From Candidatus Poribacteria bacterium (GTDB lineage: Bacteria; Poribacteria; WGA-4E; WGA-3G): a stretch of DNA of 64,000 nt. The stretch spans positions 192,001 to 256,000 of the forward strand of contig OZ219753.1 in NCBI GenBank assembly GCA_964291315.2, read 5' to 3'. This document shows positions 51,894 to 60,934 of this stretch, in pieces (the stretch's first letter is position 1; each line of letters opens with the position of its first letter). The notes beneath the pieces are model-generated. The model had not been told where the DNA came from, did no database searches, and saw nothing but the letters and a program-made list of their open reading frames with translations. A program made the position numbers and the translations under genes.

Positions 51894-52907
51894 ATGAAAA
51901 ACCATACCAGCATGCACATGTTGATATATTGTCATATACTGTTGTATCTCTTAACAGGAATGAAAGGGGACACTTTTGCCGATAACGAAGCCTCGCTTGT
52001 GAAAAGTCTGCGTTCGTATGAAGCCCCGGTCGAACCACCTCTCTATAAAACTATAGAAGGCGCGAAAGCCTATATTGTGCAGCACCAAAACCGAGATGGC
52101 GGCTGGCCCCTGATTCCGGGCGGCGAAAGTAACGTCGAGAACACTGCCTTTGCGATTTGGGCGCTAATTGATGCCGGATGGGGGACAGGATCTCAGGTAA
52201 TCCGAACCGGTGTTATGTATCTCAGGAATATGCAGTGGGACAACGGGAGTTGGAACAACAACACCGCCCATACCATTTTTGCCCTTATTGCTTTGACAAC
52301 AGCAGAAACCGATCCAGAAATCCGTTTTAAAGGGCTTCAATGGTTACAAAAAGCACAGAATCCGAATGGGGCATGGGGGAAAGAAGAACGCGGTCCTGAC
52401 AATGTTCTTTATACTGCAGCTGTTTTAGCAGGTTTCAGAAGACTCGGTTTTAAACAGAACTTTACACCCGTCTCTAAAGGGGCGGATTGGCTGGCTGAAG
52501 GTATTAATTTTGACAGTGGTTGGGCTCTACAACGCGGGCAGCAGTCAGATATTTTTCTCACCTCTTGGGTGATACAAGGTTTAGAACCTGTTTACGACAT
52601 TGATGCACAAGTTGTGTGGCTAAAGCAGCTACAGAATGATGACGGCGGTTTCGGCAGATATAAAAACAGTCCGAGTGATCCAGAAATTACTGCCCTCGCG
52701 ATTATGGCGCTCGCCGCTGGAAACGATCCGCTTAATACCCGCCGTGTTGCTATCAATTATTTGACAACTATTGGCCAAGAAAATGGCGGCTTCATCAGTG
52801 ATATACCTATAGAGTTGGCGAAACCGGCGGACAATTTGCAGTCAACCTGCTTTGTCCTTATTGCCATTTACGCGGAAACACCAGATGAAATTGCTTTGGA
52901 GCAATAG
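51894..52907 (+). CDS. prenyltransferase/squalene-cyclase repeat (alpha/alpha barrel) protein
   Basis: QW-type repeats QNRDGGW, QWDNGSW, QNPNGAW, QNDDGGF, QENGGF. Confidence 0.82.
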   Translation: MKNHTSMHMLIYCHILLYLLTGMKGDTFADNEASLVKSLRSYEAPVEPPLYKTIEGAKAYIVQHQNRDGGWPLIPGGESNVENTAFAIWALIDAGWGTGSQVIRTGVMYLRNMQWDNGSWNNNTAHTIFALIALTTAETDPEIRFKGLQWLQKAQNPNGAWGKEERGPDNVLYTAAVLAGFRRLGFKQNFTPVSKGADWLAEGINFDSGWALQRGQQSDIFLTSWVIQGLEPVYDIDAQVVWLKQLQNDDGGFGRYKNSPSDPEITALAIMALAAGNDPLNTRRVAINYLTTIGQENGGFISDIPIELAKPADNLQSTCFVLIAIYAETPDEIALEQ

Positions 52908-52937
52908 ACAAATATCGAAAGGGATGCAATTGCACAA

Positions 52938-54353
52938 CTAACGCCCTTCGTCAGCGATAATAGAGCCTGGCATGATGTAATGTTTCCCTTTGGTTAGTTG
53001 CGCAACTCTGCGTTGGAAATTATCCGAAATTGAGCTGCTTCGCATAGAGGTGACGCCCCCTATAACATAAATTTTTGCGAACGTCCCTCGGCACACTGAA
53101 ATCGCTTGCCTTACGGTATACCCTTTTTTGGTACGCTTGCTTGTTGATTCATCTGTAACAATGATAAAAACAAGATCGCGCGATGAGTCGATTCGAAGTT
53201 TCGGTATACCCTCAATTACAGCATCTAATAAATGTTCATCACCCATTTTGGGAAGACGAAAGAGGGATTTCACTTGCTCGGGTTCCAGGGGTGGGTTGGT
53301 CACGACAACAGTACTTTCGCCGCCCCCAACTGCTGCCCAAAATCTGATAATTCCAAACCTATAATCCAATCCTGCTGACTTAAATACAGAAACCATCTGA
53401 TCCAAGCCGTCACAGGCAGCATCGGTTTTCGTTTCCATGCTTAGGCTGTAATCGAAGATGAACACAACATCTATTTTTTGCAGATGACTTGCAACCAGGT
53501 TTTCCGCAATACGCTTGAATATACCGTCTAAGCGGAGTAAGGCTTTATCTGCTATTGTATCTCCACTCCGGATCCGTTGTCCATCTATCCGTTGCTGCTT
53601 TGAGTCAATAGGATACCATTTTCCGGCTGTTTCATCTGTAAGCTCCGCTTGGACCCTCTCACTAATACCGATAAAATTGATCTGAACATTGTTTTGACGG
53701 GATCGGCTGATAATTTGATTACTAATTTTGTTTTTCGCTTTTGCGTCTGTCCATGAGGTCCGTATGCGTGAGTTGGTAACCACGACAAATTGCGTTGTAA
53801 CCTCATCGCGGAATTCCAATTCGTTCAGTCCCTTCACAACAGCATCAAGCCCATAGCCTGATCCGGTATTATTCCCCGATTCAACCCTTATATTTTGGAG
53901 TGTATTAACAATACTGAGATAGTCAAATGTCCAGGGATGAAGAGCCACGCGCGGTTCCGCTTGCACCGAGTGAAAACTTACCAGGGCGAATCTGTAGTCC
54001 ATCGTTTTTGCCTCTATAACAGTGAGCATATCAACGATTTTCTTTTCAAGGACAGAGAGATGTGCTCTCATCCGCCTACTACCATCAACCACAAACACGA
54101 CATCTATCTTCGGAGTTTGGGCGTGCTGTGTTGTCCGTTGTGCAATATCTTTGAGACTTGCACCTATATCTGCCTTTAATACCCTCTTTTTTTCTTTGGC
54201 ACTTTGATCTACCATTATTCTGTGTCTTCGGCGAGGGGGGCGGATCTGTGCCGATGCTTGCAGCGTGCCCACTACTATACTCATTACACACAAGCAACAT
54301 ATCCAAATTTTTAGATGCTGCTTACAGACCAAAACTTGCATGATAAAAGCCAT
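52938..54353 (-). CDS. exported protein with two VWA domains
   Basis: IDVVFVVDGSRRM and IDVVFIFDYSLSM, DYRF, VTDE; ATG 54353 after GGAG. Confidence 0.8.
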   Translation of the reverse strand: MAFIMQVLVCKQHLKIWICCLCVMSIVVGTLQASAQIRPPRRRHRIMVDQSAKEKKRVLKADIGASLKDIAQRTTQHAQTPKIDVVFVVDGSRRMRAHLSVLEKKIVDMLTVIEAKTMDYRFALVSFHSVQAEPRVALHPWTFDYLSIVNTLQNIRVESGNNTGSGYGLDAVVKGLNELEFRDEVTTQFVVVTNSRIRTSWTDAKAKNKISNQIISRSRQNNVQINFIGISERVQAELTDETAGKWYPIDSKQQRIDGQRIRSGDTIADKALLRLDGIFKRIAENLVASHLQKIDVVFIFDYSLSMETKTDAACDGLDQMVSVFKSAGLDYRFGIIRFWAAVGGGESTVVVTNPPLEPEQVKSLFRLPKMGDEHLLDAVIEGIPKLRIDSSRDLVFIIVTDESTSKRTKKGYTVRQAISVCRGTFAKIYVIGGVTSMRSSSISDNFQRRVAQLTKGKHYIMPGSIIADEGR

Positions 54354-54602
54354 ATTATCTCCAATCAAAATTCTGTATGAAAACCTGATGCACTTAGCAA
54401 ACATTTCTGTAGTAAACATCAAATTGTTTTCCGGTGAAGGGTTTTCAAAACTTTTCTCGGATGCCGCGCTATCAAATTCGCGCTAGCCCGGTATGTGTGT
54501 CTCTTCGGAAAGGTGGTCGATTTGTCATAAAATCCCATTAACTTCGTTGTCAAATCTCATTAGATTCGAAAAGAAGCGAATCTTCCAATAAAGTCTTCAC
54601 AA

Positions 54603-55619
54603 CTAATATGTATCTAAGTCAATTTCTTCTTCGCTAAACCGCAGGTGTGCTTGATTAATGAGCTCAACAATAGCTGTCCACTGCTTCTGCGTTTCATCAG
54701 ATGCACCTTCTGTCTCAAGCAATTTAGCAAACTCAAGGAGAGTTTCGCTAAACTTATTTTGTAGGTAGACATACTCCTCAGTCTGATCTGCATTCTTCGG
54801 AGGCTCGAAATCCGAGATGCTCTTGGCATATTTGGCTAGGCGTTTTGCTGCCTGAATAGCTTCTGTTTTGCTCTCTTTTTCCTCGAAGTAGTCCATAATG
54901 ACAAAATAGTCGTCTATCATCAACGCCATGAGGGCTTTTAGGTCTTCGACCTCGGGTATCTGTTCCGTTGGCGTATCCGGCTCTGGTGTTTTTTCTTCCT
55001 CAAGGCTCGGCTTGTTTTTTCTGAAGAGGGCGTAACTCATTACCAACGCCTTCTTTGGAATCAAAGCGACAGCGTTTGAGGCATCCTCATGTCCTTCAAT
55101 GGCTGTAACGTCTTTCTTAACCTTGAAAAGATTATCTATCCCCATACCGACGAACTGTTTGAGAAATGCCTCTTCTGCAATCGCGGCCGACTCCTTATGG
55201 CGATAGACTGCTATTTTCACAACCTTTCCTTTCATATCCAATCCAACGGCCCCTTCAATTACACCCTGGGGCCCCTTGCTATCGGAAAAAAGCACTAAGC
55301 CCATCGGTTTCTTTTCGTTGTTGATTGGAATGTAGAAAATCGGTTTCAGATCTGTTGTCCGAAGCTTCGTTCCCAGTTTTTCCTCAATTGCGGTGATTTT
55401 CGCTGGGCTGAGTATAACACTTCGCTGAACAAAACGTTTGGCTTTTGGAAACATAACCGCCAGCTTTTGCTTTGGGTATTCTGTTTCATGTGTGTCGCTA
55501 AGTAAGGCAGGGCTTAAAAGAAAAAAGGCAAACGCCAACAAAATACCTATATAGTGTTTATAGCGTTGGCGGTAGATTGGGGCGAGAAATTGAAAACAAA
55601 TCAAATCCCGGGGTTGCAT
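54603..55619 (-). CDS. exported FMN-bind-like domain protein with C-terminal helical bundle
   Basis: N-terminal hydrophobic helix, KGPQG.I..AVGLD..GKV, FLKQFVG. Confidence 0.72.
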   Translation of the reverse strand: MQPRDLICFQFLAPIYRQRYKHYIGILLAFAFFLLSPALLSDTHETEYPKQKLAVMFPKAKRFVQRSVILSPAKITAIEEKLGTKLRTTDLKPIFYIPINNEKKPMGLVLFSDSKGPQGVIEGAVGLDMKGKVVKIAVYRHKESAAIAEEAFLKQFVGMGIDNLFKVKKDVTAIEGHEDASNAVALIPKKALVMSYALFRKNKPSLEEEKTPEPDTPTEQIPEVEDLKALMALMIDDYFVIMDYFEEKESKTEAIQAAKRLAKYAKSISDFEPPKNADQTEEYVYLQNKFSETLLEFAKLLETEGASDETQKQWTAIVELINQAHLRFSEEEIDLDTY

Positions 55620-55623
55620 TATA

Positions 55624-55701
55624 TGCCTCCGTGAAATTAAAACGCAAGAACGCCCGATACCGAGCGAAACTTGCGTTTTGTGCCTCCGTGAAATTAAAAC
55701 G
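55624..55701. repeat. 21-bp direct repeat flanking a hairpin
   Basis: TGCCTCCGTGAAATTAAAACG at 55624-55644 and 55681-55701; AAAACGCAAG/CTTGCGTTTT inverted repeat. Confidence 0.85.
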
Positions 55702-56746
55702 AATAGGTTGTAGTCAAAGAAACCAAATTGCCAAATTCAATCGCATCCCCTTCATCATAAAGCGTCTCTTGCGTCAGCGGAATCATCACGTTGGCAGACA
55801 GGCTCATATCGGTCAGTATTTTCAAGGATACACCGAGTGCTGCCATGCTGTAACGTAGACCTGTATTAATGTCCTTCTCGCCAGCCCAGGCAGCAGGGGA
55901 CTGGTAAAGGCCGAGATAGTTTGCATTAAATGTGAACTGATCGAAAAGGCGATATGTCCAACCAGCTGTATAGGTTAACTCTATTGGAGCCCTATAAGTT
56001 TTGCTGTTCTCGTAGATAGGAAACGTTCCACGGCCGGAAGCAGTAAGCGTCATACCTCGGTAGAGCGGTAGACTATACTGCAGACTGGCAGTAGGATTAA
56101 AGGTGCCAGTACCAAACTGGATATGAAGGTGTTCAATACCTGCATCTCCAAGTTTCCACGGATTTTCTTCTGTTTTGCCGGTTGGAATCGTCGCCCCTAA
56201 CCGAGCAAACAGCGTGTCATCTGTTCTAAAAATGCCATGGCTTTTATAACCGAAGAACAGATCTGAATCCGAGAGACCGGTATAGGTTTCATCTCGATGA
56301 TGGATATCCCTACTCCGCAAGATCGCTTGCTCATCTTCAACATTGACTGGGTCAATCCATTCAATGCTTGCGTCTTGATCCTTGACTGCATACGGAATGT
56401 TTGCTTGTAAAAACCAGCGAGCATTAAGTAAGTATTGTAAGCCAACATCAATTCGGTAAGTACTCAAAGTTACACGGTGCCTATGCAAAGGCACGTCTAT
56501 CACTTCCCCTATTGTTGACAACCCTGTCGATGCTAGATGTCCGCCTCGCGCATCGGGGGACATTAACATATTGACATTTACTCGAAATTGCGCTGTCTCT
56601 TTTGAAGTCAAACTGACTTCACTCATCAAACCGCTTGGCGGTAAGACGGGATTGCTTCACGCAGGACAACTCTCTTGTGCGAAGCCGACAGAAATAAAAA
56701 TCCAATTCATTAACAGCGCGTATAAAAACGAACGTATTTTCGTCAT
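55694..56746 (-). CDS. outer-membrane beta-barrel (transporter-like) protein with in-frame UGA in a CxxU motif; candidate selenoprotein
   Basis: Signal peptide, QESCPA-TGA(56659-56657)-SNP in frame with ORF 55694-56629; GLSD, PTGK, QFGTG motifs; terminal TYSF. Confidence 0.72.
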
Positions 56747-56919
56747 TTGTAACCATCCTAATAAAGTATTGTAATGCAGCGAAACACAAGACGCTGCACC
56801 ACAGATTTCCAGCACTAACTTTTATTGTGAGACAGTGCGGAAAAACAGGGTATAAGAATTTCTAAAATAACGGATAGGTGCGTTTGATTTGAAAGGCACC
56901 TTAGGGAGTCTATCTACCG

Positions 56920-57354
56920 CTATGTAGACGGAGGGCCTCTACGGGATAAGAAAAATTCGAGGTAAAATATTGATGTTAGAGGGTCGGAAAGAGGCTCAAG
57001 GCGGTATCGGGGCAGGATAAGCGAACTTGCTGAAATAGGAAGGATTGAAACGGGGACGTATCCAATCAATTCAGGGGAGCCAGATGTGTTGTACCTATCG
57101 TCTGGAAGCACAAGCTCTAAGTTGGTAGAGCAACACAATTTCCTACTTTCTGATGGCGCACTCTCTCCATCCGCAGCGTCTGCTTCGCTTCCGGAGCAGC
57201 AACTTGCGCGAATTTTTACATCCCCATTCAGAAATTTTTGAGGAGATCCGGGACAGAACCGTTGTCCGAAAGCCGTACAAAGAAGCGGGCATACCGAATA
57301 AACGTACAATAGGCCTACAAGTAGGATGAGAGCTTGTCGATGTTTCTGCGACAT
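56920..57354 (-). CDS. Cys-rich upstream ORF ending in RGPP (DUF2946-like arrest peptide)
   Basis: Hydrophobic N-terminus, CPLLC, two CC pairs, Pro-rich tail ending RRGPPST*; GGAG RBS. Confidence 0.75.
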   Translation of the reverse strand: MSQKHRQALILLVGLLYVYSVCPLLCTAFGQRFCPGSPQKFLNGDVKIRASCCSGSEADAADGESAPSESRKLCCSTNLELVLPDDRYNTSGSPELIGYVPVSILPISASSLILPRYRLEPLSDPLTSIFYLEFFLSRRGPPST

Positions 57355-57415
57355 TTTTGTTTAATAACTCCGCTGTTTCGTCAGGAAAGTGGGAACGAAG
57401 TAAACGTTTTGTGAT

Positions 57416-57445
57416 ATTATACACCAAAATCTCAAAAAGTTGCAA
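57416..57445 (-). promoter_or_regulatory. sigma70 promoter of the uORF-beta-barrel unit
   Basis: TTGCAA-18 nt-TATAAT. Confidence 0.5.
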
Positions 57446-57648
57446 AAAAACATTTAACTATCTGACACACCAAAAATCTACATGTATTCCAGATTGCAAA
57501 ACTACCTAACCAACACATCGGCACTCCGGGATGATGACTGACGTAGGTGTTTGCAAGCGTTTGCATTGAAACTTGCTAAATGGAGATTTAGAGTACCTAA
57601 CCGCTATAGCGTTCGTGCATTAGGAAGACACAGCTTCCGGCGATTCGG

Positions 57649-59049
57649 TTAAACCTCAACGCGGACGAAAGTTAAATAACTGCCTAACAGAAGCACGATG
57701 AGAAATAGCACTAACAGCAGGAGTTCTGTCGCTGTGCTATCAAAATTGCGCGTCAGACTGCGCGTGTCCTCAAAGACCGGGATGGATTCTGGGATGACAG
57801 CTCGCTGCGACATGCCCTCACGAACCCCTACAAAGTGAAGACTCTCTGGATCTGCCTTGTCGGTATATACGATGAATTCCATGTACTCACGCGCGTACCG
57901 CTGGGCGTTCTCTAAAAATTGAAGATGCCGTTCGAATCCTGTGGCGGCGAACGATTCTAGGAGGTAATGGAAAATCGCAGCGGGCGAAATACGCGTGATG
58001 GAACGCGCACGTTTCACCTGGGCAACCTGGCGGGCTAAGTGTTCATCAATTAAACGTTGCTGTGTCGCTACGTCTTTGATGACATAATCACTTCCGGCCC
58101 GCATATTTTCCTGCTCAGACCCACCCAATGTGTTCCAGTATTTCTCTACTTGTTCTTCATTAACTTGCTTTTGGCGAGCTCGAAGTTCGTCAGCAGACAT
58201 CAAGGGGGCTCGCCTACTAGCAATGGAGGCGAGAAGGTTGGGCGTAAAAACCACAAAGGTAACCCAGGTCAGCAGAAGTATCACTAGTGCTACTACGCTT
58301 CGGCCCACACGCGCCGACACAAGCAACCCTAACGCCAGAAAAATACACATATAAAGAAGTGTAATGCAGTATATAATACCCAAACGTCCCCAACCAGAGG
58401 CACTAATATGAACCGTACTTGCCGTGGAGATCACCAATAAATTCATCAACACAGCAAACGTGAAGGGGATGTTAAGTGTGAAGAGGGCCCCTAAAAATTT
58501 GCCAACTAGCACTACATGGCGCGGCATCGAATTCGTTAGCATCAGTCGCAGCGTACCCCGCTCACGCTCGCTAGACACCGAATCAAAAGTTAACAACAGC
58601 GCGACCAGGCTCAAGATATAGCCGCTGATGAACCCCCAATCCACTTTCATAACCGCTGGTCGAATATTTGTCAGATTCGGGGTAGCAGGTGGATACACCA
58701 TTCGCCAGAAACTCTTTAGATCCCCGTTTACCCAAACATGGTGTTTCCCTTGAACGGTATCTGGCAAAAAGGTATCGCTGCTTGCTGCACAGAAATGGAG
58801 GTCCGAAGGTTTTTTGTAAAGTCTTCCGGGGCCTTGACGCGCTAGTTCGTACAGACTGCCCGTGAGTGTCTCTAAAGCGTTGCGGGCCTCCTCGCTAGCG
58901 GTGAGATACGTTTGTAAGCGCGCGGGGTGTTCTTGCAGATGCACGATGGCGTTCGTCAACATTAATCCCAACAACAGTGCGGTCGTGAGTCCGAATCGGA
59001 GGTTATTGAGGTTGTCATAGAGTTCCCGTTTTGCTATATGCCAAATCAT
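57649..59049 (-). CDS. large ABC-2 type permease subunit
   Basis: IAKREL, FDSVSSERERGTLRL, GKFLG, ISPA. Confidence 0.85.
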   Translation of the reverse strand: MIWHIAKRELYDNLNNLRFGLTTALLLGLMLTNAIVHLQEHPARLQTYLTASEEARNALETLTGSLYELARQGPGRLYKKPSDLHFCAASSDTFLPDTVQGKHHVWVNGDLKSFWRMVYPPATPNLTNIRPAVMKVDWGFISGYILSLVALLLTFDSVSSERERGTLRLMLTNSMPRHVVLVGKFLGALFTLNIPFTFAVLMNLLVISTASTVHISASGWGRLGIIYCITLLYMCIFLALGLLVSARVGRSVVALVILLLTWVTFVVFTPNLLASIASRRAPLMSADELRARQKQVNEEQVEKYWNTLGGSEQENMRAGSDYVIKDVATQQRLIDEHLARQVAQVKRARSITRISPAAIFHYLLESFAATGFERHLQFLENAQRYAREYMEFIVYTDKADPESLHFVGVREGMSQRAVIPESIPVFEDTRSLTRNFDSTATELLLLVLFLIVLLLGSYLTFVRVEV

Positions 59050-59057
59050 TTTTTTCG

Positions 59058-60578
59058 TTACGTTACTTCTCTTTTGAGAAAAATCAGAAATATTATGATA
59101 AATAGAACAACATTGATTATCAGGAGTAGAAACTGATCAGGCATAGCACGTTTCGCATTTATTCGGATGTCGCTTCTCTGAAAAGTGAATTGGGGGAGTG
59201 TGCTCCAGTCCGCTGCCTCTTCGTGTGCAGTGAACCACTGTGGAGACTCGAACGTTTTTCTATCGTATAAGTAACCGATCACTGTGTTTCTGTATTGTCG
59301 AACCGCCTCGAAAAAGTCTTGATTCCCTTTTAAACCGGTACCTGCCCAGGCTTGGGTTGCCGAGTCGTATATCCCTATTGGAGAAAGTTTGAGCCAGTTT
59401 CTATCAACTACAGCTGGGCGCACGAAGATATCATGGAGCGCAGATTTTCGAGTGATCCAGGTTCGATCTGCTGTGTTAATAACCCGGGGTACGAGGAACC
59501 CATAGTAATTTTGAACGACGGGTATCTGGGGTAGGTATCTATCGTAGAGTTTGTTAAAGTATATTACACTCCAATAGTAATAAGCCAGGGTCGATCGGTC
59601 TCCGCTAAACCCATCGCCGCCACCCCCGCCAGCGGGCCCATCCATGTTAAACATCGGGTCCTCCCCCGGGGCAGTATCAGTTTCGAGAAAGCGTTTCCGC
59701 TCTCTCTCAAATTCTCCCCATATCTGTTTGATTTGATGGTAAACCGCTGATGTACGTGTTTTCGGGGGGGCAATCGGATTTATTGTCGCGAGGATCATGT
59801 TCGGATAGACTAGCACCCAAAATACCCAAACGAACATGCACATAATGAGGGTAGTGCTGGTGCTGCGCGTTATCGCTGAAATCAGCATGCCCATGAGATA
59901 GAATATTGACAGATACGCGATAGAAGCCCAAACAATTCCAGCAACCCGTACAAAATCATCGGACTTTAGGGAAATAGACGCGGATGTCACCATCAAAATC
60001 AGCGCAAAGATCAGACTCACAAGCAACGGAACAAGCAAGCAGAGCATCGCACTGACGTATTTTGCAAGCAGTATCGTCCCCCTACGGACGGGATGCGTCA
60101 AAATCAAACGTAAGGTGCCAGCTTCAATCTCTCCTACAAGAGCATCGTAGGCAAATATGAGTGCAAGTAGACTGAGAACGATCTCAAAAATAAATACAAT
60201 ATCGATCGCAGAGAAGATGTTGAGGAACGAGTTATGTAACCCATGCATCTCAGCGTCCCATAGCGAAGGCACAAATTCATGAGATACCAAGATTTCGTTC
60301 CCGATCCGTTTATCTAAGCCTGCATTGAAGATGCTCATAGGATTGGGGGGCCTGTCAACTTGCAGTTTTCTTATCCCCAATGAATAGGTTTTTGTATCGT
60401 GTACTTCTTGATGATGTGTTTTAACGGAGGTGTCGTAACTCGCTAACCGCTGATCGTAGTCATTGATGAGCACAAAAGTAGCAGCAACCACTAGCGTCAA
60501 CATAATAAAGACAGCTGCTACGAAACGGAAAGTCATCAGGTTGTCGAGGAGTTCACGCCGAATGAGTGGGATTAACAT
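59058..60578 (-). CDS. large ABC-2 type permease subunit (paralog)
   Basis: IRREL, YDALVGEIEAGTLRL...PVRR...LAKY, LSP. Confidence 0.85.
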   Translation of the reverse strand: MLIPLIRRELLDNLMTFRFVAAVFIMLTLVVAATFVLINDYDQRLASYDTSVKTHHQEVHDTKTYSLGIRKLQVDRPPNPMSIFNAGLDKRIGNEILVSHEFVPSLWDAEMHGLHNSFLNIFSAIDIVFIFEIVLSLLALIFAYDALVGEIEAGTLRLILTHPVRRGTILLAKYVSAMLCLLVPLLVSLIFALILMVTSASISLKSDDFVRVAGIVWASIAYLSIFYLMGMLISAITRSTSTTLIMCMFVWVFWVLVYPNMILATINPIAPPKTRTSAVYHQIKQIWGEFERERKRFLETDTAPGEDPMFNMDGPAGGGGGDGFSGDRSTLAYYYWSVIYFNKLYDRYLPQIPVVQNYYGFLVPRVINTADRTWITRKSALHDIFVRPAVVDRNWLKLSPIGIYDSATQAWAGTGLKGNQDFFEAVRQYRNTVIGYLYDRKTFESPQWFTAHEEAADWSTLPQFTFQRSDIRINAKRAMPDQFLLLIINVVLFIIIFLIFLKREVT

Positions 60579-60934
60579 TAATTCTTTCTCATCTGTTTTC
60601 TATATGGCATTGGGTACATCGTCCCTCTAAAGGTATGTTTCTCTCTAATTCTGCCACGGAGGTCGAACTTTGATAACAAGTTTAAGCGATGTTAGGGGGC
60701 GTGTCAAGAAAAATTAATTGGATGAGAGAAGTGAAACGGTTTTGCTTTCTGACAGCAAATTTTCCGGGCAACGTCAGTAAACAGATAGATTTGATTTGCG
60801 TTTCGGATTTAAATAGTGTATACTATTCAACATATCCCGCGCTTGCATTTGTGGTGTTCTGAAGTGTTGTTCTCCGTTTATGAGAAACAGCACAAAAAAA
60901 TCCCGTAGATTAAACCGAAGCGGAGAAAAATCTT

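Noticed and set aside
55624-55701. Mini CRISPR array (21-bp repeats, 36-nt spacer)
   Set aside because: Only two short repeats, they contain a stop codon and RBS, and there are no cas genes.
56657-56659. Genetic code 4/25 (UGA as Trp/Gly)
   Set aside because: TGA terminates other genes here (rng, rplU, HAD, MOSC), so any read-through must be site-specific.
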